From positions 1-45,586 of IMG/VR virus record IMGVR_UViG_3300042997_001997: 45,586 bases of DNA; one strand, 5' to 3'. Position 1 is the stretch's first letter. Each line of letters starts with the position of its first letter. Shown one piece after another: positions 28,337 through 37,150 of this stretch. The translations under genes and the position numbers were made by a program. The DNA is from a virus. Lineage: Duplodnaviria > Caudoviricetes. The notes under the pieces were generated by a model. The model was not told where the DNA came from. It saw only the letters and a program-made list of their open reading frames with translations, and ran no database searches.

Positions 28337-28627
28337 TTAAATTGTTTTATTTTCCATTATTATTAACGATTCTTCTTTTTTAATTTTTAAAATTTCACAT
28401 TTTTCATATTCTTCCCTTTCTTCAAAAATATTAATAAGTTCGTCTAAAATCTCAATATACAATTGTAAATCATTGTCATAAGAAATTATCGTGCATGTAT
28501 TATTATAATCATTTAAAATTTCATTGTCAATAGCTGTCATAAAATTAAAAATCATAATTAATTCATCCTCATCATAATTATTTACACTTAACACCCTTGT
28601 AGCTTGCAGTAAAAAATTTAAATTCAT
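28337..28627 (-). CDS. Hypothetical protein with UVR-like motif
   Basis: FEEREEYEKCEIL; TATTTATA upstream. Confidence 0.7.
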   Translation of the reverse strand: MNLNFLLQATRVLSVNNYDEDELIMIFNFMTAIDNEILNDYNNTCTIISYDNDLQLYIEILDELINIFEEREEYEKCEILKIKKEESLIIMENKTI

Positions 28628-28642
28628 ATTATAAATACCAAA

Positions 28643-28966
28643 TTACTTCCTCTCTTTTATTATTTTATCGATTACTTTGAAACATTCATTAAAACCATCT
28701 ATTTCACATTCTTCTCTTGTTGGTTTTGAGCCTTGCCCGGGCCCCAATACAATACCGTTGTGTAGTGATATATTATAAACCCATTGGTTTTTCTTATACA
28801 TTTCTAAATTTAGATACACCCCCTCCTTATCAAAAAACTGATAAAGTTTTTTATTATCATAAAATTCAAGCGTATTGAGACTCAACACACCCACATTCGG
28901 AAACATAGTTTCCGCAAACCTTTTAAACCCATTAGGGTACAAATATTCTATTGTATACCAATCCAT
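28643..28966 (-). CDS. Hypothetical protein
   Basis: 107-aa ORF. Confidence 0.75.
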   Translation of the reverse strand: MDWYTIEYLYPNGFKRFAETMFPNVGVLSLNTLEFYDNKKLYQFFDKEGVYLNLEMYKKNQWVYNISLHNGIVLGPGQGSKPTREECEIDGFNECFKVIDKIIKERK

Positions 28967-29062
28967 TATATCTTAATTATATGAAAATTTTTAATTTTTT
29001 ATATCAATAAATTATGTTTTTTTTGATTTTGAATAAAACCTACATAATTATCATTGTTTATC

Positions 29063-29302
29063 ATGAATATACACGAATATTACTATAATGAAAATGGTAA
29101 AAATTTATACATTGAGTTTTCAACCAAAGAAGACGGAGATAGTTTTTATAGAATTTTAGAACTTGAATATCAAGATGTTATGTATTACTCACCTAATATT
29201 GTGGCTGAAGATGAGATAAATGAGGTGGATGTGGATTTTGTAATAGAGCTAATTGAGCAGTATTTATTAAACAACGATTTACCCGAAGAGTTAAGTCTGT
29301 GA
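29063..29302 (+). CDS. Acidic hypothetical protein
   Basis: ATG 29063 preferred over TTG 29054. Confidence 0.7.
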   Translation: MNIHEYYYNENGKNLYIEFSTKEDGDSFYRILELEYQDVMYYSPNIVAEDEINEVDVDFVIELIEQYLLNNDLPEELSL

Positions 29303-29325
29303 TATTTATATAAAAATGTATTTGA

Positions 29326-29694
29326 ATGGGATTTTTAAACGAAGATAAAAAGAAAAAATTAAAGGATTTTGTTCTGTTTGTGATACGCGAACTAAAAATA
29401 GAAAGTGCGCCCACTATTGCTATTCAAAATGGTAGAAAAGAGCTTAAAACAACCGCAAATTACGATTATAATAAAGAAAACAAGTTAATCAAGGTGAACG
29501 CTAAAAATAGGGCATTAGTGGACGTTATGAGGAGTGTGGCACATGAATTAGTTCATCATAAACAATATGAAGAAGGTAGACTGAAAACGCCACCACCCGA
29601 TATTGGAGGTGAAATTGAAGATGAAGCAAACGCCAAAGCGGGACAATACATTAAAATGTACGCAAAGAAAGACGAAACTATATACGAAGAATAG
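29326..29694 (+). CDS. Small zincin-like metallopeptidase
   Basis: RSVAHELVHHKQ...EDEANAKAG; TATTTATA at 29303. Confidence 0.8.
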   Translation: MGFLNEDKKKKLKDFVLFVIRELKIESAPTIAIQNGRKELKTTANYDYNKENKLIKVNAKNRALVDVMRSVAHELVHHKQYEEGRLKTPPPDIGGEIEDEANAKAGQYIKMYAKKDETIYEE

Positions 29695-29695
29695 T

Positions 29696-31021
29696 TTATT
29701 TGAAATATTTGACTTTTAAGCTTTTAGCATATGGATCATACTGAAAGAAGTCTTTTTCTACAAATTTGTTACCTTCTCTTATGAAAACGGTTTTATTTTT
29801 AATTTCATTGGTTGGACTTGTATATGGATCCATTCCAGTATCCGAATATGTAATATCTTTTTTTCCGTCGCCGTTAAAATCATAATAAATCAGCTTATTA
29901 CGATAATTACCTCTTTTTGTTCCTGAGGCGTATTCTATCCAACTAACATCTCTTTTAAAAGAACCATCTTTCTGTTGTATATAAGCATCTATTGCCCATT
30001 CTAAATGTGTTGTTGCACTAATATTTATAAAATCATTTAAACTATCTAAATTTATATCATCAACTATATAGTCAAACACATTCATTGTATTTGTTGATGT
30101 TGTAGGATAGGGTACGGTAATTTTATTAGTAAGTACATTTCCTTTACTATCATTTAAAAATAGTTGATTTTCAATATTGGTTCCAATCATAGCATCATTT
30201 ATACCATCCTTATTTATATCTTTTATTTTACAATAGAATGGTAAATCATTCCTTTCTGAAACTAAAAAGTTTTTATTGGTAAAATAGGGAAAAGTAGTGA
30301 TTCCCCAAAAAACATAGACTCTCGGGTTAGCCATAATTAATAAATCGGGAATTTTATCTCCATTTAAGTCTCCAACAGAACCATGTTCATAAACAACATT
30401 TTCATTTGGTAAAGGTGGTTGTAAAATTAATTCAGTTAAATCATAACCTCCTTTACCATCGCTTAAACAAATAGTAATAGGTTCAATTCTATTTTTTGGT
30501 GAGGATTCGTCTTGATGTCCAAAAATAACTAAATCAACACAACTATCGCTATTCAAATATATTGGTGATACTTTAGTAGGCGCACCAATAAAATTTGTTT
30601 TATTATTTATTAAATTCTTTTCATCAAACCTTAACGAATCTTTATTCCATATTAAAAAACTTAATCTAGATTTTTGCCCTCCAAATGCACTACCTGCATT
30701 AAAAACATCAATATAGCCGTCATTATTAAAATCGCCATTACAAATAGCTTGAGTCCATGCACAATATGCGTCACCTTGTGGAGGTGCGTAAACTTCAAAA
30801 TTTTTCTGAAATACACCAATCATTAAATCACTTAAAACGGGCGTATTTTCCCAATAATCAGTGCCTAATTGTCTAGCGTTAGCCGCCACTTTGTAACCTG
30901 AAAATGAATCAGTTGTTGTCTTATATGTACTACTTTCAATTTTGTTTGGTATCTCAATAAAATTAATTTCCTTCTTACAAGAAACCATAAAAACCAATAA
31001 AACAGGTAAAAACCACTTCAT
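29696..31021 (-). CDS. Lipoprotein with FG-GAP/VCBS repeats (beta-propeller)
   Basis: Lipobox MVSC followed by KKE; DFNNDGYID, DLNGDKIPD, DINKDGIND, DFNGDGKKD; TAATTTTG upstream. Confidence 0.85.
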   Translation of the reverse strand: MKWFLPVLLVFMVSCKKEINFIEIPNKIESSTYKTTTDSFSGYKVAANARQLGTDYWENTPVLSDLMIGVFQKNFEVYAPPQGDAYCAWTQAICNGDFNNDGYIDVFNAGSAFGGQKSRLSFLIWNKDSLRFDEKNLINNKTNFIGAPTKVSPIYLNSDSCVDLVIFGHQDESSPKNRIEPITICLSDGKGGYDLTELILQPPLPNENVVYEHGSVGDLNGDKIPDLLIMANPRVYVFWGITTFPYFTNKNFLVSERNDLPFYCKIKDINKDGINDAMIGTNIENQLFLNDSKGNVLTNKITVPYPTTSTNTMNVFDYIVDDINLDSLNDFINISATTHLEWAIDAYIQQKDGSFKRDVSWIEYASGTKRGNYRNKLIYYDFNGDGKKDITYSDTGMDPYTSPTNEIKNKTVFIREGNKFVEKDFFQYDPYAKSLKVKYFK

Positions 31022-31090
31022 ATCTTTATATTTGATACAAAATTAAGTATATTATTTGATATAACAAAAAATATTTAGATATTTATAAGC

Positions 31091-32704
31091 ATGAAGGTGG
31101 CTTTATCAGAAAAACAATTAAAATTAATCACATCAATGGTTGAGGTAGATGGTGACACGAGTGCAAGTTCTGGTGCCGATACCGCAAGTACTACAAGTAC
31201 CGCAAGTAGTTCACAATCAAGTGGTACTCAATCAAGTAAGGCGGGTTATCCTGCCGTGGATAAATGGGAAAGTGGTATCACAAGAGGACCTGCCAACCCT
31301 ATCGGCGTTGCAAAATGGTCTGACGTTGTTGGGGCTAAGTTAACAAGAGGACATGCTAATCCTTTAAAAGAACAAGAAATAGGAATGCAACCGGGTAGAA
31401 CAACTCAAATTGCACAAGCTTTAAATGCGCGCGAAATAGAAAGAAAAAGAGAAATTGACAAAAATTTCAATGAAAACTTTTTTATGATTGAAATGCCAAA
31501 AACATCGTTATCAAAGGCAAGTGATTTAATTTTACCCAAAAATTACGAGGGAATTAATACAACATATAATGTTTATGAACATCCACTTAATCCATATGCT
31601 TTTTTTAAAAGTTGGGTTGGAACCGAATATGAAGATTACATACCAGATCAAAGACAATTAGAAGAGATATTGCCAAATGGAACATTAAAAAGCTTTACAA
31701 TTGGTAATAAAAGATATGTTGCATATGTAAAACGATTTAGTGACAAACCATTATTATATGGATTTCATTGGTATTTTAATGAAGATGGTAAAGCATATAA
31801 TTCTAAGGATTACATTAGTAAAGAACAAGTTCCTGAAGAATTTCAGTTAGGAGAGGGGTGGTGGTCTGAATGGGGGCAATGGGTATTAACGGCAGGTTCA
31901 ATATTGGCAGCATGTTTAATTCCAGGCGCTCAAGGGTTGTTGATTTCAATTGGATTAGATTTAGTTGCAGCAGCCGATTTGTATGTCAATAAAAAAGATA
32001 ACGTTGGCGCCGGTATTTCTTTTATTTTAGCATTTGTTCCAGTAATTGGAAATGTTGCGCGTGTTGGTAAGGTGTCTACTAAAACAGCATCAAAATTAGC
32101 AAAAACATTCGCACCTTTAAAAACTGAAGAGGAGATATTAGAGGCAATGTCTAAACTACCTAAACAAGAACAATACATTGTACAACAAATATTAAAACAA
32201 GATCCAAAGACACTAAATAAAATGATTACTGATGTTATGTCAAGTAAAATAGCCACTAAACAACAGGCTTTAAGAGTTGCCACTCAAATTAATAAACTAG
32301 TGGAAAGCGGCGTAATTCCAAAAGCATCTGCGGCTGCATTTTATAAAACTTTAGGTTTTAAAAGATTTAGATTTGATTTAGGTGTAAGTGGTTTGATTAT
32401 AGGAGCAGGAGCGGGAGTTAGATATTATTTTAATAAAAAAGCAGAAGAAGCTGTTAATCAAGGTTTAAAGCCACCATCAGAAGATGTAGAAATAGCACAA
32501 TTGTGTGCAAAGGCTGATAAAATGAATAAAAGTGATTTTGAAAATAAAATAAAACCCCTTTTTGCTAAGTATGATAAATATGATACCGAAAATGAAGCTG
32601 ATTTAAACAAATTGAGAAAAATACAAAAAGCTGTATTAAACGCATATATTGCAAATCCAAAATCAGATTTAAATGCAATTGCCAACAATACTGATAAAAA
32701 CTAA
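31091..32704 (+). CDS. Leader-bearing protein with central hydrophobic pre-toxin-like module
   Basis: MKVALSEKQLKLI; internal PLKEQ; LIPGAQG...ADLYVNKKDNVGAGISFILAFVPVIG similar to gene 1309. Confidence 0.8.
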   Translation: MKVALSEKQLKLITSMVEVDGDTSASSGADTASTTSTASSSQSSGTQSSKAGYPAVDKWESGITRGPANPIGVAKWSDVVGAKLTRGHANPLKEQEIGMQPGRTTQIAQALNAREIERKREIDKNFNENFFMIEMPKTSLSKASDLILPKNYEGINTTYNVYEHPLNPYAFFKSWVGTEYEDYIPDQRQLEEILPNGTLKSFTIGNKRYVAYVKRFSDKPLLYGFHWYFNEDGKAYNSKDYISKEQVPEEFQLGEGWWSEWGQWVLTAGSILAACLIPGAQGLLISIGLDLVAAADLYVNKKDNVGAGISFILAFVPVIGNVARVGKVSTKTASKLAKTFAPLKTEEEILEAMSKLPKQEQYIVQQILKQDPKTLNKMITDVMSSKIATKQQALRVATQINKLVESGVIPKASAAAFYKTLGFKRFRFDLGVSGLIIGAGAGVRYYFNKKAEEAVNQGLKPPSEDVEIAQLCAKADKMNKSDFENKIKPLFAKYDKYDTENEADLNKLRKIQKAVLNAYIANPKSDLNAIANNTDKN

Positions 32705-32724
32705 AAAACAATATATTTATTAAA

Positions 32725-33741
32725 ATGAAAAAACAACTATTAGAAGAAATAAATAGAATGAAAGTTCTCGGTGGTATGATAAATGAGGCTGCTACACCAT
32801 CATCCATTATAGCCCAATTAGTTTCTAAATTTACAAAAACAGCTTTAGATGACACAATTTTAGCGGCATTTGAAGTGTTAGAAAGAAAGGGGGTTATTGC
32901 AATTGATAAAACCTCAAAGATGTTAACCAAAGTTGATTGGCAAAAATTAGCTGATGATGAGATGAAATTATTGTTTACCGCTCCTCCATTAAGAGCAGCT
33001 TTAGAAGAAGTAACAAAAAAGGCTGGTGTGGACATTACAAGTTCGGCTCAGAAAGTGGCTTTTAAAGGTGGTTTTAAAAAAATAGTTAAAGGTTATGATG
33101 ATGCAGCAGGTAGTTTAATATCGGGAGGAAGTTCAAAAATTACCCCTAACGCCGCAACAAATGTTGCAGGTAGTGTACCAAATTTTAATATTCCAAATTT
33201 AAATACAACAGCGTTAAATCAAGCTTGGAAAGTGGATGTTGCAGCTACAAGAGCCGCACTTAAAGCTCAGTTTCCTAAGGCTCCATCTAGAGATATTGAA
33301 ATAATGGTTCAAGGTTTGAGTAAAACAAAAGATCAAGCGACTTTTGATATTGCGATTAAAGATGCGGTAGAAAATTTTAAACCTACATATGCTAAAATTT
33401 TAGATAAGCCAGGAAAAAGAGAATTAATTAGAAAAAATTGGAATTTATTACCTTCTTGGGCTAAAACTGCTATAGGTTTATCGGCAACTGTTGTTGGTTA
33501 CAGAGCAATAAAGGCTGCGGGTATACCTATTGACAACTGGCTTGGTTGGTTGATTGGTGGTGCAAAAGAAGTTGGGGGTGATCAATATAATAGCGCTAAA
33601 GATGAGTTAAAAAAAGGTTTTAAAAAATCAAATGACGCTAATTCTTCAGGTATTAATCCAGCAAAAGATTCAATAATTGTACAACCAAATAATACCGAAG
33701 ATCCCTTAGGTCTTTTACAAAACAAAGGTGGTGGTAATTAA
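32725..33741 (+). CDS. Leader-bearing protein with late hydrophobic segment
   Basis: MKKQLLEEINRMKVLGGMINEA; TATTTAT at 32714. Confidence 0.8.
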   Translation: MKKQLLEEINRMKVLGGMINEAATPSSIIAQLVSKFTKTALDDTILAAFEVLERKGVIAIDKTSKMLTKVDWQKLADDEMKLLFTAPPLRAALEEVTKKAGVDITSSAQKVAFKGGFKKIVKGYDDAAGSLISGGSSKITPNAATNVAGSVPNFNIPNLNTTALNQAWKVDVAATRAALKAQFPKAPSRDIEIMVQGLSKTKDQATFDIAIKDAVENFKPTYAKILDKPGKRELIRKNWNLLPSWAKTAIGLSATVVGYRAIKAAGIPIDNWLGWLIGGAKEVGGDQYNSAKDELKKGFKKSNDANSSGINPAKDSIIVQPNNTEDPLGLLQNKGGGN

Positions 33742-33758
33742 AAAAAAATTTAAATAGA

Positions 33759-35621
33759 ATGACTAGACATGAATTTGCGGTTATAATTAGAAACAAATAT
33801 CCAGGAGAATTTAATGATGTGAAGGATGAAACTTTAGTTAATTCATATTTAGAAAAATATCCCCAATACAAAAGTCTCATAACAGATTCACCTGTAGTTA
33901 CTTTAACAAAAAAAGAATTTGTTAGCGAAATTAGAAAAAAATATCCAAGTTATAATAATATATCTGATGATGATTTGTTTAATGCAATTATTGCAAAATA
34001 TCCTGCATATAAAAAAATAATTTCAGATTTAACCGAACCAGTTATAACAACAGGTAATACAACAAACACAACAGGTAATACAACAAACACAACAGGTAAC
34101 ACAATAAACACTACGGGTAAGACAACAACTAACGTTGTGAATATAAAAACTGATGAAGTTGCAAATGGTAGTAAACTTGTTAAACGAGGAATGAGTGGTG
34201 ATATTGTTAGAGAAATACAAAAATTACTAATTAAACACGGATTTACAAATATTAGTAAATCGGGAGAAATTGATGGCATATATGGTTCAAGAACTAAACA
34301 AGCTGTTATTGATTTTCAACGTAAAAATGAAGCAAGTGATGATGGAATTGTGGGTAAAGAAACATGGGGTAAGTTAATTCAAGAACCAACGAGCGCTAAA
34401 GTGCCAGTAAAATTAGATACTAAAACAGGTTTACCTGATAATAGCTTTGGGTTACCTAAATTCAATCCTGATTTAAAAAGGTTTGAGAAATACAACGTAT
34501 CAACAGCACAACAAGATGCCGATTTAAAAAAACTCGGTTTAAAAGAAAATATGAAACTAACTGACATTATAACCGGAATAGTACAAGAACAAGGTACATT
34601 AACACCAAATCAAAGATTGGCAATAACTAAGGGATTTGGTCCAGTTTCAGCTGAGTATGCTGATAAATTAGTAAAGGATGGTAAATTAGCTGGTACGCCA
34701 CCTTCGGCAAAACTTCCAAGTGGAGTACCTTCAATGCCTTCATTAAAGGACGCATTAAACCCAACCAAATCTAATTTAGGGCCTGTAAGTAATAAACCAA
34801 CAGCAACAGCAACGGCACCATCTGTAAAACCCGCAGGAAAACTTCCAAGTGGGGTACCTTCAATGCCTTCAATGAAAGATATGTTAAACCCAACTAAATC
34901 TAATTTAGGACCGGTAACTAATAAACCAACAGCAGCGGCGCCTGCAGCAAAACCTACAGGAAAACTTCCAAGTGGTGTTCCATCGATGCCATCATTAAAA
35001 GATATGTTAAACCCAACTAAATCTAATTTAGGTCCAGTGGGTAATAAAGCAGCAGGAACAGCAGCAGGAACAGCAGCAGGAACAGCAGCAGGAACAGCAG
35101 CAGGAACAGCAGCAGGAACAGCAGCAGGAACAGCAGCAGCACCTGCGGTAAAACCACAACCAAATTCATTAACTGATGTTGCAAAAGGCGGTTATCTTCG
35201 TAGTGGTATGAAAGGTAATGTTGTAAGAGATATGCAAGTTTTAATTAATAGTTTAAATAACCCAGATATAAAAGTAGATCAAAGTGGAGTGTTTAATCAA
35301 GACACATTAAATGCGGTAATTAAATTACAAAAAATGTTAGGTGTTAAACCTAAAAATGGTAAATATGGTATATTTGGACCGATTACAATTAAAGCTATTA
35401 ACAATCGTAAAGCAAGTGGAGCCACTCAAACACCAAAATTAGATCCTAAAACAGGTTTACCAGATAATAGTTTAGGGTTATCTAAATTTGATACTGATGC
35501 GAGTAAATTTAGCAAATATGGTGTGTCAAAAGCACAACAAGATGCCGATTTACAAAAACTTGGTTTAAAAGAAGATATAATCAAAAAAATAGTTTCAAAA
35601 CATCTACATTCTAAGTTATAA
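33759..35621 (+). CDS. Modular protein: IRxKYP repeats, two PG-binding domains, internal repeats
   Basis: LVKRGMSGDIVREIQ...DGIYGSRT; LRSGMKGNVVRDMQ...GIFGPIT; duplicated KTGLPDNS...LGLKE block. Confidence 0.85.
   Translation: MTRHEFAVIIRNKYPGEFNDVKDETLVNSYLEKYPQYKSLITDSPVVTLTKKEFVSEIRKKYPSYNNISDDDLFNAIIAKYPAYKKIISDLTEPVITTGNTTNTTGNTTNTTGNTINTTGKTTTNVVNIKTDEVANGSKLVKRGMSGDIVREIQKLLIKHGFTNISKSGEIDGIYGSRTKQAVIDFQRKNEASDDGIVGKETWGKLIQEPTSAKVPVKLDTKTGLPDNSFGLPKFNPDLKRFEKYNVSTAQQDADLKKLGLKENMKLTDIITGIVQEQGTLTPNQRLAITKGFGPVSAEYADKLVKDGKLAGTPPSAKLPSGVPSMPSLKDALNPTKSNLGPVSNKPTATATAPSVKPAGKLPSGVPSMPSMKDMLNPTKSNLGPVTNKPTAAAPAAKPTGKLPSGVPSMPSLKDMLNPTKSNLGPVGNKAAGTAAGTAAGTAAGTAAGTAAGTAAGTAAAPAVKPQPNSLTDVAKGGYLRSGMKGNVVRDMQVLINSLNNPDIKVDQSGVFNQDTLNAVIKLQKMLGVKPKNGKYGIFGPITIKAINNRKASGATQTPKLDPKTGLPDNSLGLSKFDTDASKFSKYGVSKAQQDADLQKLGLKEDIIKKIVSKHLHSKL
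34047..34130 (+). repeat. 21-bp tandem repeat x4 (TTGNTTN), last copies degenerate
   Basis: ACAACAGGTAATACAACAAAC units. Confidence 0.85.
34709..35048 (+). repeat. Three ~125-bp imperfect repeats (KLPSGVPSMPSLKDxLNPTKSNLGPVxNK)
   Basis: Seen in both DNA and protein. Confidence 0.85.
35049..35132 (+). repeat. Perfect 12-bp tandem repeat x7 (AAGT)
   Basis: GCAGCAGGAACA units. Confidence 0.95.
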
Positions 35622-35635
35622 AGATATTTATATAC

Positions 35636-35730
35636 AGAGTTTGGCGGTTTGGTCGCCGTTGAATGATAAACTCTAAAACGAAAAGGAGGTATTCTAAATC
35701 TCGACATTGAGGCGCAAGCCTCTTTGTTGT
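35636..35730 (+). ncRNA. Candidate small late-expressed structured RNA
   Basis: TATTTATA at 35625-35632, AGAGTTT/AAACTCT and GGCG/CGCC stems, GAGGC-GCAA-GCCTC hairpin plus T-rich tail, no credible ORF. Confidence 0.5.
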
Positions 35731-35731
35731 T

Positions 35732-36394
35732 TTATGGAAGTTTCAAATTTATTCTACCTAATTTCCATCCTGTTGGGATTATCCCCATCATTTTTATTTT
35801 TTTATTTTTAATACCATTATTAATCCATTGAGAACCATATTGTGAATTTGATTCACCCGTACCTTGTCCTTTTTTTGATAATTTCATTTTTTCAATTGTT
35901 TCAGGTTTATGTTTTTTACCTTCCCAAGAATAATATTCTTGTATTGGTTTCATTTCACCCCTTTGATGTCTTTTTTTGTTTGATTCAGATATTTGTGTAG
36001 AACGTTTTTTTCTATATTCTTCGTCCGTTTTTAATCTTTTACTATGTTTTAATCCGGCCGCTTGGGAACATTTAAATTGATGTTTTTGATTGTTAAACCC
36101 ACCTGAACCACCGGGTTTCATATTATAACAATTAACATTGTGAACATATTCTTCGGTGACAATTTCCTTTTCTCTTTGAATTAAAATTTCTCTATTTTTA
36201 CACCATTCAATTATTTCAATTTTAAAATTTTCTTCACCATATTTTCTAATAGCATATCTTAAACTTTTACCACTACCTAAATAACCATCTTTTAAATTAC
36301 TTGTTGAATGCATACCTATATAAAACTTATCGTTAAGTAAATTCGTTGTTTTATAAATGAAGTGGTATTTTTTTAACTTGATTGAGTTCGACAT
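35732..36394 (-). mobile_element. Free-standing GIY-YIG homing endonuclease (Seg-like, NUMOD3-like motif)
   Basis: FIYKTTNLLNDKFYIG, YLGSG, KYGEENF, YNMKPGG, GKKHKPETIEKM, WINNG. Confidence 0.9.
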
Positions 36395-36419
36395 ACTAAT
36401 AAATATGTCGAAAACTCAA
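36382..36419 (-). promoter_or_regulatory. Hairpin sequestering the endonuclease ATG, overlapping a TATTTAT motif
   Basis: Sense strand TTGAGTT(TT)CGACATA-TTTATTAG-TATGTCGAACTCAA. Confidence 0.75.
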
Positions 36420-36429
36420 AAAAGTCTAA

Positions 36430-36827
36430 GGTGGAGATGACGGGAGTCGAACCCGTGTCCTGTTCGTCATACCATAAATGGACTACACGTTTATTCTATT
36501 ATTCATAACAGACAAATAGTAAGTTAATATCGGGAAACTTACAATACCGTTCCTGACTGGATTTTCAAGAGCCGCCAAGTTTGCTCCAACACTCTGAGGT
36601 GGTGTTACACCTTAAGGACTTCTGTTCCTAGGTTATATGTCCGCCGACCCGATTTGTAAGTGTGCGATTAAGCTACAGCCACAGTAGAAGTTGCGATTAA
36701 ACCGCAAGATTCCATAACGTTATAAACGTTGTCTTTTGTTTTTTATCACCATAGTTTTAAGTCATAGGTGACATCTGACTACGTGCCCACGTACCATACC
36801 AACGCCAGTCAAATCCAAAGCATCCCC
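36430..36827 (-). ncRNA. ssrA: tmRNA
   Basis: 5' GGGGATG...GGATTTGAC; 3' GGACACGGGTTCGACTCCCGTCATCTCCACC; G3-U acceptor pair; internal frame ending VAVA*. Confidence 0.95.
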
Positions 36828-36851
36828 AGTGTTGTATTAATAAAAATAGAT

Positions 36852-36882
36852 AAAAAAGGGTTAAAAAACTAATTTTAACCCG
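36852..36882 (-). terminator. Terminator after the 36910-37101 gene
   Basis: GGGTTAAAA/TTTTAACCC stem with T run on the minus strand. Confidence 0.7.
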
Positions 36883-36909
36883 TTATTATTTTATTATATC
36901 TGAAAAAAA

Positions 36910-37101
36910 TTACTTAGCTGTAGTTTTTTTTGCTTTAGGTGCAGTAGCTTTTTTAACTTTAGCCTTAACTTCAGCAACCTTTTCTTTTACAACTTTAACT
37001 TCAGCAACAACTTCAGTTTCAAGTTCTTTTAGTTCTACTGCCTTTTCAGCCATTGTTCCACTACTCAAAAGTTTTTTAATTAAATCGATAATTTTTTTCA
37101 T
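36910..37101 (-). CDS. Small Lys/Ala/Glu-rich protein with histone-H1-like tail
   Basis: KAKVKKATAPKAKKTTAK; TATTTAT at 37123-37129. Confidence 0.75.
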   Translation of the reverse strand: MKKIIDLIKKLLSSGTMAEKAVELKELETEVVAEVKVVKEKVAEVKAKVKKATAPKAKKTTAK

Positions 37102-37150
37102 AAAAGTTTTTTTTTAGTAATAATAAATATAAGAAAAATAGTTGAAATTA

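Noticed and set aside
35049-35132. CRISPR array
   Set aside because: Tandem units without spacers, in frame within a CDS; the same applies to 7335-7516 and 34047-34130.
34411-35573. Diversity-generating retroelement TR/VR pair
   Set aside because: Differences between the copies are not adenine-specific, both are coding, and no reverse transcriptase is in the window.
35732-36394. Group I intron around the GIY-YIG gene
   Set aside because: No interrupted host gene and no room for a ribozyme core; the tmRNA is complete upstream.
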